Virus record (IMG/VR): IMGVR_UViG_3300036939_000082
Span: 32,001 to 96,000 of that record
Source of the DNA: a virus
Reading direction: 5' to 3' (one strand)
DNA: 64,000 nt
Position 1 is the stretch's first letter. Each line of letters opens with the position of its first letter. The notes beneath the pieces were generated by a model, which worked only from the letters and a program-made list of their open reading frames with translations, was not told the DNA's origin and searched no databases. Positions 44,027 to 54,400 of the stretch are shown piece after piece. The translations under genes and the position numbers were made by a program.

Positions 44027-44848
44027 TTAATGGCGCAATCCGACGATGGTGATGGCAATACTGTTGAGAGCGGGAGGACGCCCAAAAGTAACTTCTACTC
44101 TGTTCTCGTCCAGCACTCGATTGGAAGGCTTCATGTATTTATTGAGTCCTCCAGTTAGATCGATAATGCTGGGTTCTTGAACGAACCGATTGTTCAATCC
44201 GTGAGTAACGACAAAAACTGTCTTTGCACCATCACCTAGGGGTGAGAAAATTATTTCTTCGGCTGCGCCCAAAAACTTGCGGACAGCTTCAGGGGTGTTA
44301 CCTCCCACACCCGCTCCCGAAATTTCAATTACACCCCGTGGTTCTTGTTTTTTGAAAATTAATGGAGTTTGATCTAAGACGATCGGATCTGGAGTTGTGA
44401 GCATCCAAAACCCTTTATTTGTGGCGTCTCCTCCCAGCACTTCGACTGTAAAGCCGAAAGTAAAATCTGCCGGATCGTTGGAGTCGTATGCTCTAATCCA
44501 AGTTCCAGAGCGAGCGACGTAGGGGCCGTTTTCGGCTGGATTTGTTTGAGCAGTCAATAAGACTCGCGAGTTCGCTGACAAGGTAACTCCCTGCTGCGGA
44601 GCCAACCCGCCTAAACCAATATTGAAGTGAGACGTGAGAGCGAGATCGCACGGAGCTTTCACATTTCTGTGATTCAGACCCATCATGCGAGATTCAATTG
44701 CTTTTAACTTTTCTTCAAACGCATCTTCGATTGCAGCAATTTGAGCGATTACAAAATCCCGGCGAACTGCGGAAGAAGGGTCTTCGCTTTCCTTTAACTC
44801 TACAATTGAATAATTATTAGCGTTTAAGTCGTCAACTATAACTGGCAT
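44027..44848 (-). CDS. Fibre / decoration structural protein B (paralogue of A)
   Basis: Same RVLLTAQT..ENGPYV...W.RA.D and C-terminal VTHGLNN domains. Confidence 0.75.
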   Translation of the reverse strand: MPVIVDDLNANNYSIVELKESEDPSSAVRRDFVIAQIAAIEDAFEEKLKAIESRMMGLNHRNVKAPCDLALTSHFNIGLGGLAPQQGVTLSANSRVLLTAQTNPAENGPYVARSGTWIRAYDSNDPADFTFGFTVEVLGGDATNKGFWMLTTPDPIVLDQTPLIFKKQEPRGVIEISGAGVGGNTPEAVRKFLGAAEEIIFSPLGDGAKTVFVVTHGLNNRFVQEPSIIDLTGGLNKYMKPSNRVLDENRVEVTFGRPPALNSIAITIVGLRH

Positions 44849-44851
44849 ACA

Positions 44852-45250
44852 TTAATCAAATAGGTGTTCGACAGTCAATCTTTGATTTTCAATAGTCGTG
44901 GCGACGAGTTCAATTAAACTGCCCAATCGAAATTCTTTTTCAACAGCAAGACGAGATCGCGTTTCGCTGTCAAAAATTATTTTGTTGCGACAGTCGTTTA
45001 CAACTTCGATCGCCCACTGAATGTAGATTTCTAGCCATTTATCTCTTTTTTTTGCGTCGTCGAGCTGCTCAAAATCATTTTCAAGTTGTTTTGATTGAAG
45101 GGCGATCGTCGCTGCACTCAAAGCTAATATCGCTGACTGGGTATTTTCCTGAGTATCAGCAGATTGCTCGATAACGCCGTCAACGGAAGCGGTTATCCGT
45201 CCCAGACTTTCTTGAACTTTTTGAGCGAGGTTGTTGATCGCGCTTGTCAT
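44852..45250 (-). CDS. Hypothetical coiled-coil protein
   Basis: 132-aa ORF in the tail operon. Confidence 0.65.
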   Translation of the reverse strand: MTSAINNLAQKVQESLGRITASVDGVIEQSADTQENTQSAILALSAATIALQSKQLENDFEQLDDAKKRDKWLEIYIQWAIEVVNDCRNKIIFDSETRSRLAVEKEFRLGSLIELVATTIENQRLTVEHLFD

Positions 45251-45334
45251 TGGATTTCCCCAAAACTAGACAAAAAAACACCGAGACGGGTTGCCTCGGC
45301 GTGAGTTGATTATTAAGTTTTTTTAAGGGTTTTA

Positions 45335-45691
45335 TTATAACTGACCCCCGTCGCTGTTGCAAGATGGGGCAGTTAACTGCCACTGCTGAACTTGATTTAG
45401 TATATTCAAAATAGAACCTGCTACAGCTCTATACTGTTCTACTGTAGCAGGTTTGCTCGCATTGTCAAGTTGTGCGATGTCCGGGGCAACAGAAGGAGAT
45501 GGCAGGCGATCGCCCACAATCATAGACGCTTTCTCGGCAGCAATTTGAGCTGCTGCCGCTCTGCGATTATACGCAATTCCTTGAAACAAGGATTGAATAA
45601 ACCGAGCCTCCATTCTTGCCATCTGCTCTTCTGGGGAGAGGGTAGACGGAAAAGAAAAATCTGTAGGATAAAATTCAAGATTTTCACGCAT
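45335..45691 (-). CDS. Hypothetical protein
   Basis: 118-aa operon ORF. Confidence 0.6.
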   Translation of the reverse strand: MRENLEFYPTDFSFPSTLSPEEQMARMEARFIQSLFQGIAYNRRAAAAQIAAEKASMIVGDRLPSPSVAPDIAQLDNASKPATVEQYRAVAGSILNILNQVQQWQLTAPSCNSDGGQL

Positions 45692-45965
45692 TTGTTTCTG
45701 AAAGTGATAAAATCGTGCGAATTCGGTCTTCAGGAAAATTTACAGTTAGTGATTTAAGAGCCGGAATATATCTAATTCCATTATCTTTTGAATCTCTTTG
45801 GGACTTAACTAAGATTTTCCGATACAAAGTTTCACCTAGTCTATACAAACATTCCTCTTTACCTATAGGTGTAATATTAAGCTCGGAGTTTTCTGGAATC
45901 ACTAAAAAACCTGGAATCTTATTGTTAGATTCGAGTGATATACTATCAACGGTAACATAATTCAT
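45684..45965 (-). CDS. Hypothetical protein
   Basis: 93-aa operon ORF. Confidence 0.6.
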   Translation of the reverse strand: MNYVTVDSISLESNNKIPGFLVIPENSELNITPIGKEECLYRLGETLYRKILVKSQRDSKDNGIRYIPALKSLTVNFPEDRIRTILSLSETNA

Positions 45966-45969
45966 GCTT

Positions 45970-46320
45970 TTACATTTTTCTAAAACTCTTTTTTAGTCGA
46001 TCAACCGCATCAGACCAAGATCCCGATGAGACTCTATAAATGCCGTTAACCCTAGGGTTAGCTTGTTGGTAAGCTACCGCTCGCCTATTTTTTTCTTCAT
46101 CCCAAGGAACAAGAATTATACCGTTATATTTGGGATCGGAATCTTGAAAGACAAGCGCTCTTCTAAAATAAACTCCTTCTACTTCAATCAACTTTTCTTC
46201 GGAATGCAACGGAGTGCGTTCGCATTCTTTGGCTAAATCTTCTCTGTTTGTCCCAACAAGAAATATTGAAATTTTGTCACAAACTTCAAGTGCTTGCCCG
46301 TCAACCGCAAAATTGCTCAT
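45970..46320 (-). CDS. Hypothetical protein
   Basis: Start MSNFAV overlaps the upstream stop (ATGA). Confidence 0.65.
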   Translation of the reverse strand: MSNFAVDGQALEVCDKISIFLVGTNREDLAKECERTPLHSEEKLIEVEGVYFRRALVFQDSDPKYNGIILVPWDEEKNRRAVAYQQANPRVNGIYRVSSGSWSDAVDRLKKSFRKM

Positions 46321-47960
46321 AAATTTATTTTGTAAACGGGAATTACAGTGCAAGGTTCAAAACCTTTGTTGCTCAATACTATACCATCTCCATAGCTACC
46401 GACAACAGAAACAGTTGGCGAAGGATACAAGAAATCTACTCCATAATTCTGCCAAGGAACAATGGTTTCACCGTTGGGCGCAGGCTGCGAAATTATTTGA
46501 CCGGGAAGCAACAGCTCTATAGTATCGAGTTTCAACCTTCGAGACGCATTGTCAGCAGAAATTACTTCAACAGTCCGGATGTCTGCACCCGCAAGGGTTT
46601 GTATAAAAGCCTTTCCAGGCTTGAAGGATAGAGTTGAGTTGATCTGTACTTCTTGCGTTGAAGGAAATAATTTTTCAATTTCCTGCGGGTCGATCGCCAA
46701 AAACGGCATTCTTGCTGCTGCGTAGCCGGGAACAACAAAACCAGATTCGTCAACCGAAGCAGGCGGGACTTCTACGGGTTTACCGATAAACTTTTGTGCG
46801 GAAGATCCAATAATTTCAGCCGGAATAGGAATTCCCTCAAACAATCGTTTGATATCTTTGAGAGCCAAGTGTCCGATTTCAACCCTGCCGTCTTCCATTA
46901 AACCTTCGGTGCAAACCAAGTGCTGAAAGCACCTCAGTCCTTCGCTCGACAAAACCATTGCTGCTTCGGATGCTCGGTACAGATTTGGGGAAGGCGTTTT
47001 TGCTGCCAGCTTTCCGTCTATGTAGACGTTTGTCATTCCAGTTTCGCCAACTACCTGCACGTAAAATTTAAAATTGTTTGGCAATTCTTCACTTGCAACA
47101 GAAGAAGTACCGATTTCTACGCACAACTTTTTATCTTTGATTGCTACTTTAAAATCGCCGCATTCGACAACATTGCCGTCGCCCCTCCAGTATTCGATCG
47201 CGCCCATCACTCCAAAAGTTCTCAAACCTTTTAACGGCGATTGGTGGTAATAAAGAATTGTTGGCTCTACAGGTACAATAGCTGACTGCTGGTACACCGG
47301 AAGGGTAGGAAAATTCCTTCTTTCAACTTGCACGATCGTCACTTCGAGCGTCATTGAATTTTCCATAAAAAATTCAATGTGAACCAAAGTTTCGTCAATT
47401 GGGACAAATTGAATGTCAATTCGTTTGTTTGCGTCGATCGCGTCGTTGAGCATTTCACCCAAGGAAGCTTGAGCTAGTATCGATCCAGACTGAGTTACGC
47501 GAAATACATCACCCACACCGGCGCTGCCGTTGGCAAGCCGCAGAACAGTCCAAGCTGTGTGTGCTTTATTCGGCTCTAGGTGGATCGACCGCCTCAATAT
47601 TTGACGCTTTCGACTTTCTTCGTCTTGACCTTTTCCGGCAATAACGGCGATCGAATCGGCTTCTTGACGGACAGATACCGCGCCGCGGGTAACTTCCCGA
47701 CGAACAAAAACGTTAGAACCTGCAATCCACTCTGAACTTTTTAAATCGTCGGAATATGTTAATAAATTTACAATTTCCGGTGCAATTACAAAATTGCCGC
47801 TGTTGTAAATTGCTGGCTCGTTGCTTGATATCGCTATCAAATCTAAAGATCCATTTATTTCTTTTTCAAGAAACAAAGGAGAAGGTCTGCTGAAGGTTGG
47901 AAGTCTACCTTGATAAAAATCTCCAAACGTACCTTTAATTCCGAAATTAATTTTTCCCAT
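46317..47960 (-). CDS. Putative tail / receptor-binding structural protein
   Basis: 547 aa; NLLTYSDDL..S.W motif plus LamG-like region seen in tail proteins. Confidence 0.55.
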   Translation of the reverse strand: MGKINFGIKGTFGDFYQGRLPTFSRPSPLFLEKEINGSLDLIAISSNEPAIYNSGNFVIAPEIVNLLTYSDDLKSSEWIAGSNVFVRREVTRGAVSVRQEADSIAVIAGKGQDEESRKRQILRRSIHLEPNKAHTAWTVLRLANGSAGVGDVFRVTQSGSILAQASLGEMLNDAIDANKRIDIQFVPIDETLVHIEFFMENSMTLEVTIVQVERRNFPTLPVYQQSAIVPVEPTILYYHQSPLKGLRTFGVMGAIEYWRGDGNVVECGDFKVAIKDKKLCVEIGTSSVASEELPNNFKFYVQVVGETGMTNVYIDGKLAAKTPSPNLYRASEAAMVLSSEGLRCFQHLVCTEGLMEDGRVEIGHLALKDIKRLFEGIPIPAEIIGSSAQKFIGKPVEVPPASVDESGFVVPGYAAARMPFLAIDPQEIEKLFPSTQEVQINSTLSFKPGKAFIQTLAGADIRTVEVISADNASRRLKLDTIELLLPGQIISQPAPNGETIVPWQNYGVDFLYPSPTVSVVGSYGDGIVLSNKGFEPCTVIPVYKINL

Positions 47961-47963
47961 TTT

Positions 47964-50180
47964 CTAAACCAAGGTAAATAAATCGAATGCAGTTCCAGCA
48001 GAAGTGTCGCAAGCAACAGCAGTTCCGCCAACTCCGTCGTGCGTTACAACCAACAGCCTGATTTCTTTTTCCTTCCGAATCACGATCGCCACAACGCCTT
48101 GAAACAGAGAGTCGTGAGATAAATTAGGAAGCCTGAAGCCCATCGTTTCGCCCCCGATCGCCAGTCGCCCCTCAATTCCCCGATCTCCCAGAATAGGAGC
48201 GATCGGATTTTTCACGTATTCTATCGTTTGACCCAAAAAAGGAAGCGCTAGCCCCGGACTGGCTTGAATTGGCAAAACCCGCATTGTCAAAGGACCCGGG
48301 TAAGTTTCGCCGGCAAGGTGAATCGGTCCGTAGAGTTCGGGCGCTCTAGCTGCGCTGGCTTGAGGCAGGTATTTGGCGATCGGGGAAAATCGAAAAGTCG
48401 CTTCTCCCCGGTGTACCGTGTTGCCACCGCCTTGAGAATGAGCCACAAACAGGGGATCGGAAATTATTTCGGCACCGTCGAGCAAGCCCGCGTCGCCCAG
48501 ACCTTCATATTTGGGATAAGCCAAAAGGAATTGCATTTTGTCCGAAGGGCGGGGGCTGCGGTAAACTAGGGCTCTGTAAGCCGTGTTCGGACGCGAAACC
48601 CTGACGATCGGCGAATCCAGCCTTCCGGAGATTCCTTCTATAAAAGCAAAACATCCGCCGGGTTCGTCCGGAACAGCTACCATTCCAAAAGCATTGGACT
48701 GAACTACAACATCTTCATATAAATAGAGTATTCCAGACCGCTCCCGCGCCATGACAGCAATTATTGACTGATCGCCTGCGGGTTCTTGATACTCTATTAG
48801 GTCGTTTTGACCGCCTTCTCGAATGTTAGCCTCAGCCAATTCTTTCCCAGCAAACCAAACTTTTTCGCAGCGGCGGAAAGGAACTTGAAAACCGCATCCG
48901 GGCGGGTAGCAAATTGCTGGAACGCAGTAGGCAATACCGCCGGGTTTGATTGAAGAATCTTCGCTGGCAATCCAAGCCAACACCCCAGAATGTCCGAGCC
49001 TAGTAAATCGCCCCAAACTAGATTGGTCTTTGCCGTCGGGACTGTAAATCTTGTGAAGGGAAAGATTTTCTGAAAAGTACGTGCCGTAGGGAGTCGGTTG
49101 CTGCAAGACGATCGACACCAGCGCGCGGTCGGTTCCGTCGTTTTCTGCTCGAACTTTTACTACCGAAATGTTGTCGGTAACGGCTTGATCCAAGAAAGTC
49201 ATGCGCTGCCCGTTGGCAATCATGTTCGTTCCGTTCGAGGCGATCGCCGCTTCTCCCGGAGAACTGTTTCCTTGAATCGTCCCCAAGGACAAGTTCTGAA
49301 CTGTTCGGGAATAGTTGCGGCTGAAACCGGAAAACAGATCTACGATTCGCTTCCAGGCGATCGTGTTGACATCTTCCGTCGAAGCGGAGCCATCTAAAAT
49401 GATCCCGATAATGTCAATGCCGTCGCCACCCGTGTAGCCTCCTTCTGTATAGTTGGCTTTGCGGCGAACCGTACAAATTTGCAGTACATCTATATGATCT
49501 GGAAAAACTCGATAGCTTTTTGATTCCATCCAGTTGTCGTCGATCGCCCAGATGTGATGTTCGCCAAACGGAAACCCTGTACCGCCTTTTTTAGTTACGG
49601 TAAATCGGTGGTGCGCGTCAATGTCGCCGCTGCGGGGAATCGCCGTCAATTGGCGAAAATCTTCTGGGGCGATCGGTTCGGGACACAAGATGGCAATAAA
49701 AAACACCCTTTTTCTGCGGGAGTTCTCGCCTACCATCTGCTTGATCTGAATTTCTTGTGTTTGTTCGTCTTGATCCCGGTACGAGAATTCTAGCTGACCC
49801 AGTTCTGGGTCTTGTTCTGCGCCAACTTCGCAACTGAACGCAACTAAGTATAAATAATCCTCCCGGTTGACAATCGACCCGGCTGACGCCTTAATAGATG
49901 GAATCTTCAGGTTAAAGTCTAAGCTGAGTCCGTCGTTCGGATAAATCGGTAGGTGCGCTTTACCGCGAACTTGGTAGACATTTTGTTCGGAGGCGATCGG
50001 AGTGACTTGCGGCAGCTTTAGCCACTTCGGCTCTCCTCGGGAGCAGTAAATATATTGAACTTGAATATCGTTGTTGAGGTTAACTTCCTCCGCAAGAAGG
50101 ACGGATATGTCTCCAATGCCTTCTGGAGCCTTGGGATTGACCGCCAGATCGTTAACTTTTCTTTGAAATGGTTCAGCCAC
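47964..50180 (-). CDS. Putative baseplate / tail structural protein
   Basis: 738-aa ORF in the tail operon. Confidence 0.55.
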   Translation of the reverse strand: MAEPFQRKVNDLAVNPKAPEGIGDISVLLAEEVNLNNDIQVQYIYCSRGEPKWLKLPQVTPIASEQNVYQVRGKAHLPIYPNDGLSLDFNLKIPSIKASAGSIVNREDYLYLVAFSCEVGAEQDPELGQLEFSYRDQDEQTQEIQIKQMVGENSRRKRVFFIAILCPEPIAPEDFRQLTAIPRSGDIDAHHRFTVTKKGGTGFPFGEHHIWAIDDNWMESKSYRVFPDHIDVLQICTVRRKANYTEGGYTGGDGIDIIGIILDGSASTEDVNTIAWKRIVDLFSGFSRNYSRTVQNLSLGTIQGNSSPGEAAIASNGTNMIANGQRMTFLDQAVTDNISVVKVRAENDGTDRALVSIVLQQPTPYGTYFSENLSLHKIYSPDGKDQSSLGRFTRLGHSGVLAWIASEDSSIKPGGIAYCVPAICYPPGCGFQVPFRRCEKVWFAGKELAEANIREGGQNDLIEYQEPAGDQSIIAVMARERSGILYLYEDVVVQSNAFGMVAVPDEPGGCFAFIEGISGRLDSPIVRVSRPNTAYRALVYRSPRPSDKMQFLLAYPKYEGLGDAGLLDGAEIISDPLFVAHSQGGGNTVHRGEATFRFSPIAKYLPQASAARAPELYGPIHLAGETYPGPLTMRVLPIQASPGLALPFLGQTIEYVKNPIAPILGDRGIEGRLAIGGETMGFRLPNLSHDSLFQGVVAIVIRKEKEIRLLVVTHDGVGGTAVACDTSAGTAFDLFTLV

Positions 50181-50311
50181 TCAAATGCTTCTCCAAAAAA
50201 AAATAACCAAGACTCGTTTGAGGGAGTCCCGGCTTGGGAAATTATACAGGGTATGGTGCAATCAATACACTGGGTCGATTATAGCGGATCGGGCGGGCGA
50301 TCGCAAGTCAA

Positions 50312-50725
50312 TTAATTTTGGGCGATCGTATCTAAAAGTTTTAGAGCAACTCTCGTTTTCGCTACTTCGCGCAGAAAGGAACGTTCCGGAGGTTTCATTC
50401 TCTGAAATATACTAACTATTTGTATCGCAATACCCATAATTGTTTCGACAAGTTTTCCTCTAGGTATTTCATCAATCATTTGTCGCCAAAAAGAATCAAA
50501 CAAGTTAGAAAATTCATCGTATGTAACAGAATCTACCCAAATTCCTAATGTTTTATTTAGGACGCTTTTGGATATTAAATCTTGAGCTTGCAAAAAGTCT
50601 GTAAATAATTCCATTAAATAACCGTCCATGTGCTTGGTGTACTCTTTACTGGATTCCGTGTTGTTTGCAATTGATTCCATTTTTAAAGTAAACGGCGAAA
50701 TAGAAACATCTGTTATTTTCATCAA
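50312..50725 (-). CDS. Hypothetical protein
   Basis: 137-aa ORF overlapping its neighbour. Confidence 0.6.
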   Translation of the reverse strand: MMKITDVSISPFTLKMESIANNTESSKEYTKHMDGYLMELFTDFLQAQDLISKSVLNKTLGIWVDSVTYDEFSNLFDSFWRQMIDEIPRGKLVETIMGIAIQIVSIFQRMKPPERSFLREVAKTRVALKLLDTIAQN

Positions 50726-51270
50726 TTTTCCTCTACTTCGTAATACAAATTGTCTCCCGGTAGTCGCAAAGCAGCCAGTTCAGCTTTATTTTCAGCAAGT
50801 GCTTCAAGATATTGTTTAAATGTCATTCCAAACAATTTACGTTTTACGTCTGGCGATTGCTGCGGTTTTCCGAAAGCATCTCGAAACCGAGACTCAATAC
50901 CTTCAAGGGTAAACGCCGACTGAATAGCGATCGCCCGCTTATTATTCGCGTTTGCTTCAACGGCGATTATCAATGTTAATTCTTTGAGACTTATAGTCTG
51001 TGCTTTTGTCGCGCCACCCCTACCCTGTCTCTGAATCGCTACAGGAAGTGGGTTGTACCTAAAACCTTCAGCCTGTAAAGCTTTAAGCTTTTTAGGAGCC
51101 TTTGAGGGTAGTACCAAAAACCAATCTCTTTGGTAGCCCAAAAGTATAGACGTACCAACAATGCCTGCCCGAAATTCTTCATTTGGCATTAGGTAGTCGT
51201 CGATCGCCAGTGTGTCACTAAGTCGCACAGTAGCTGCTACTACTTTAATCGGTTCGCTTTTATCACTCAT
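50722..51270 (-). CDS. P63C-N-like / antirepressor-type DNA-binding protein
   Basis: IDDYLMPNEEFR.G.VG.S.LLG...KKLKALQAEGF...A.TISL; family common in cyanobacterial phages. Confidence 0.55.
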   Translation of the reverse strand: MSDKSEPIKVVAATVRLSDTLAIDDYLMPNEEFRAGIVGTSILLGYQRDWFLVLPSKAPKKLKALQAEGFRYNPLPVAIQRQGRGGATKAQTISLKELTLIIAVEANANNKRAIAIQSAFTLEGIESRFRDAFGKPQQSPDVKRKLFGMTFKQYLEALAENKAELAALRLPGDNLYYEVEEN

Positions 51271-51493
51271 TTCCTAAAATCTCCCTGTCTTTGTTTTTAG
51301 GCAACCGTCTAATGAATAAGCGAACAACGTCTGTCATGTGCAATCCTTGACGATCGGCTTCTTTTTGAAGTTGATCGCGCTCTTCCTTTGTTAGTGTCAC
51401 CTGAAAGCTATATGACCTATTTATCAAACTTGCCTCCGCGTCTGTATAAACATTGTATCTACTAATGATACAGACAGGTACACAGCAAGTCAA
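51263..51493 (-). CDS. CopG / RHH regulator
   Basis: SFQVTLTKEERDQLQKEADRQGLHMTDVVRLFIRRL. Confidence 0.72.
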   Translation of the reverse strand: MTCCVPVCIISRYNVYTDAEASLINRSYSFQVTLTKEERDQLQKEADRQGLHMTDVVRLFIRRLPKNKDREILGNE

Positions 51494-53403
51494 GCTAATT
51501 GTAGAATTATTCTTACGCCAAAACCGCCAATCGCCGCCACAAACAAAGACTTATCAAAACAGCGCGCTTCAATCAATTCACCTGTTAAGTATATTTTGAT
51601 AGAATCGACGAAAGTGTCGGATTCACATCGCCCCAAGAATTCAACCAGTAAGTACGGAAACTCTCTAGAAACAGCAGTTGATCGCCTTGCTGTTTTCCAT
51701 TTCGCATTGCTGAGAGCAACTATAGAAATAGGGGGATAGACCAGCCAGCCAAGTGTCGTCGATAGCTGGCACTCCCAATTCTTAGAGTCTGACGCCTGTT
51801 TTAACATTGGGAATAGCTCGTGCAGGGCGATCGCCCGCTGTGGAATTACTTCTTTCTCAACAACCGTTAGGATGCGTCGGCTGTACCGACGAGTGAAGTG
51901 GCACAACTGAATTAATTCAGTAGTTTCAGCGCTCGATCGCCCTTGCCCCGATTTTCTAACGAAGTAATTCCAAGGTGCGCCAGAATTCCAAAAACCAGAG
52001 GCAATAATTGAGCCAATCTTTTTAACTTCTTCAACCTTGGTTGCAGCATAGGGCTGTAGAAAATTTTGGTGCAAGTCAAAAAAGCGATCGCCCTGGAACG
52101 CTGAAATACTTGTAAGACGATCGCCCGTTGGTATTTCAGTTTCGACAGTCGTAACTTCTACTGTTAAAATCTGTTCGCTAAATCGCCCGCCCGACACAAC
52201 CTTTTCTGAAACCTCAAGCCAAATTCCCGGACTGCAAATTAAGGTTTCCACCTTTGCAGACTCAGTTAAAACGCCGTCGCCGTAATAAAACTTAGCAGGG
52301 TGTGCGCGCGATCGCCCCGACTCATCGGAAACTTTGGCGACAGTTCCGTAGAGATCCCCGTAAAAAGCTAATGCCATTGGCGGGCGAGGGGGAGGAATAA
52401 CAGTTGTTGGTTTCGCCCATCCAAAAGCGTCGCCGTACCGACAAGCTTTATCCCAAAAAGTCCAGCGCCTTTCTGCCCTGACAACTTCTTGCTGTTTTTT
52501 GACGAGCCGGGGCTGGTAGCGATCGCCGTAGTGGATGCCGTCGCACTCAAACTTGTACTTGTGGGCGATCGGTTTTGGCGGTAAAACTTTTGGTTCTAAT
52601 GCTTTGACGGGAAAATGAAACCATCCGATTACGGTCGGGGTCGATGTTGCCATCCAAATCTCGTGATTGAGATTGAATATATCGGGGAATATTTTGTGCC
52701 AGTCGGTTTCGTCTAATTCGTTGAAGTGCATCCAGGGGCGGTATATTCCCATCATCGAACACTCATCGGAAATTTCGTTGGGCTTGCGGTACAGCAGCCG
52801 GCGACTGCTGTACCTGTTGCCGTAAACCCAACTGCCACCGGGATCTGTAAATATTTTGTAGCGAGGTCGGTAAGTCCTTCCGGGAGCGTCGCCCCAACCC
52901 ATCCGCTGCAAGTCGTTGAAAGTTTGAGTGCGGAAATGATTGTAGCGAGTTCCGCAGGTTATCCAGTTGGGCGGTTCTTCGAGCGGGAACCGACCCAGGG
53001 GTTGTCTGATTTCTAGTAGATGGCGATCGTCCGACTTGTCCCAAAGCAGCCACAGGGCGATCGCCATCCGAATCCCTTTTTCCGTTCCTTTAATCTGCCA
53101 ATACTTCCAGGCAGATTTAATTAGATTTCGTTTGTGGATTGTTGGCCACTCGGGATTGATACCAATTCCCAAATAGTGATCTTCAATTTTCCCCAAACCA
53201 ACAAATTGACCTAGCCAGTCCAAGTGTGGAAAAGATGCGGGGTGATCTGGATCGTAGAGATATTCTTGGAGCTGGACTATCTTGTAGAGGATGTCCAGTT
53301 GTGGCTGGACTCCTACGTCGCACAAATGCTGCAATAAACCGATTTCGTCCGCCAACTGTGCGTACAGCGGAAGCATTTCAAAGAGGCGACGAGAATGTGG
53401 CAT
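51490..53403 (-). CDS. Baseplate wedge protein (P2 gpI-like N-terminus)
   Basis: LFEMLP...LDWLGQFVGL...KRNLIKSAWKYWQIKGTEKGI. Confidence 0.75.
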   Translation of the reverse strand: MPHSRRLFEMLPLYAQLADEIGLLQHLCDVGVQPQLDILYKIVQLQEYLYDPDHPASFPHLDWLGQFVGLGKIEDHYLGIGINPEWPTIHKRNLIKSAWKYWQIKGTEKGIRMAIALWLLWDKSDDRHLLEIRQPLGRFPLEEPPNWITCGTRYNHFRTQTFNDLQRMGWGDAPGRTYRPRYKIFTDPGGSWVYGNRYSSRRLLYRKPNEISDECSMMGIYRPWMHFNELDETDWHKIFPDIFNLNHEIWMATSTPTVIGWFHFPVKALEPKVLPPKPIAHKYKFECDGIHYGDRYQPRLVKKQQEVVRAERRWTFWDKACRYGDAFGWAKPTTVIPPPRPPMALAFYGDLYGTVAKVSDESGRSRAHPAKFYYGDGVLTESAKVETLICSPGIWLEVSEKVVSGGRFSEQILTVEVTTVETEIPTGDRLTSISAFQGDRFFDLHQNFLQPYAATKVEEVKKIGSIIASGFWNSGAPWNYFVRKSGQGRSSAETTELIQLCHFTRRYSRRILTVVEKEVIPQRAIALHELFPMLKQASDSKNWECQLSTTLGWLVYPPISIVALSNAKWKTARRSTAVSREFPYLLVEFLGRCESDTFVDSIKIYLTGELIEARCFDKSLFVAAIGGFGVRIILQLA

Positions 53404-53439
53404 TTTTTATTGTATAATTTTTGATTACAATTTAATTGT

Positions 53440-53766
53440 ATGTTTGTATTGAGCAGTCCATCGCTGATTGTAGCAGAAGGTCGGTTAGCGCGATTCTCTG
53501 TAATCAGAAAACAAGATATCTCTCTTCCAGAAAGAGTCCGGGTTACTTCGCAAAACGGAACAGCTAAAGCGGGTATTGACTTTGATCGCCTCGATCGCCT
53601 TTTGTTGTTCATACCCGGTCAGAGGCAGTGCGATATAGAAATTCCAATATTTGAAGATAATAGTTTAAACTTCGATCGTGACTTTACCGTACATTTAAGT
53701 TCAATAAGTGAAATCGGAGAGCCAAATATAATGAATGTAGAAATAGTTGACGTATGCTTTGATTGA
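53440..53766 (+). CDS. Second stand-alone Calx-beta domain protein
   Basis: V.EG...V.R...V...NGTAKAGIDF...LF.PG...IEIPI.ED...DF.V.L. Confidence 0.82.
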   Translation: MFVLSSPSLIVAEGRLARFSVIRKQDISLPERVRVTSQNGTAKAGIDFDRLDRLLLFIPGQRQCDIEIPIFEDNSLNFDRDFTVHLSSISEIGEPNIMNVEIVDVCFD

Positions 53767-53824
53767 TGCTTGCTTATTTTGTTTTTCTTGGGTTATAGTA
53801 TTAATATGTGTATACAACAAAGCA

Positions 53825-54103
53825 ATGAGAAGCATAAACGTCAAAATTTCTTGTTTCACAGGATACTGGATAGTTCCAAAATCTAATATTGAAAAGTTCA
53901 AGGAAACTGCCTTGTCAATACCCCGAACTAACGGGATAATCTTCGACGAATTTGCAGAAAGATTAAGACCTTTAGCAGAGGAATATGTGTCGGTTGGCGA
54001 AATAGCCAGACAGTGGAGAGAATGGAATTATAATATTCCAGAATTTGGTTCTAATAATTTCCCTAAAAACGACGCAAGTGTTGTAATAGACATACAGTCG
54101 TAA
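53825..54103 (+). CDS. Hypothetical cassette protein
   Basis: MRSINVK start behind the cassette leader; terminator at 54109-54149. Confidence 0.65.
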   Translation: MRSINVKISCFTGYWIVPKSNIEKFKETALSIPRTNGIIFDEFAERLRPLAEEYVSVGEIARQWREWNYNIPEFGSNNFPKNDASVVIDIQS

Positions 54104-54169
54104 TTGTTAAAAAGTCCGCAACCTATTAATTTAGGTTGCGGACTTTTTTGTATTTGTTTTTATCTACGA

Positions 54170-54300
54170 TCAAGTCAAAGTCAAGCAACTTTTCTGAGCT
54201 TTGAGAATCTCGATCGCCAGATCTAAATTTAACGACACCGAATCTAGAGCTGACACCCGATTTTCAAGTTCGGTGATTTGCCTCGACCGAGCAATCGCCT
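54170..54300 (-). pseudogene. Start-less copy of the 3' end of the IPT/TIG gene
   Basis: Translates AIARSRQITELENRVSALDSVSLNLDLAIEILKAQ versus AIAQSRQISELEQRMMAMDSMQLNLDLAIAILKAQ. Confidence 0.8.
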
Positions 54301-54400
54301 TTTTGCAGTTAAAATATTTAATACATCGATTAATATCTTGTTTAATTTAATTACTTAAGTTATAATATAATTAAGTACAAATTAATCACAAAACAAACAA

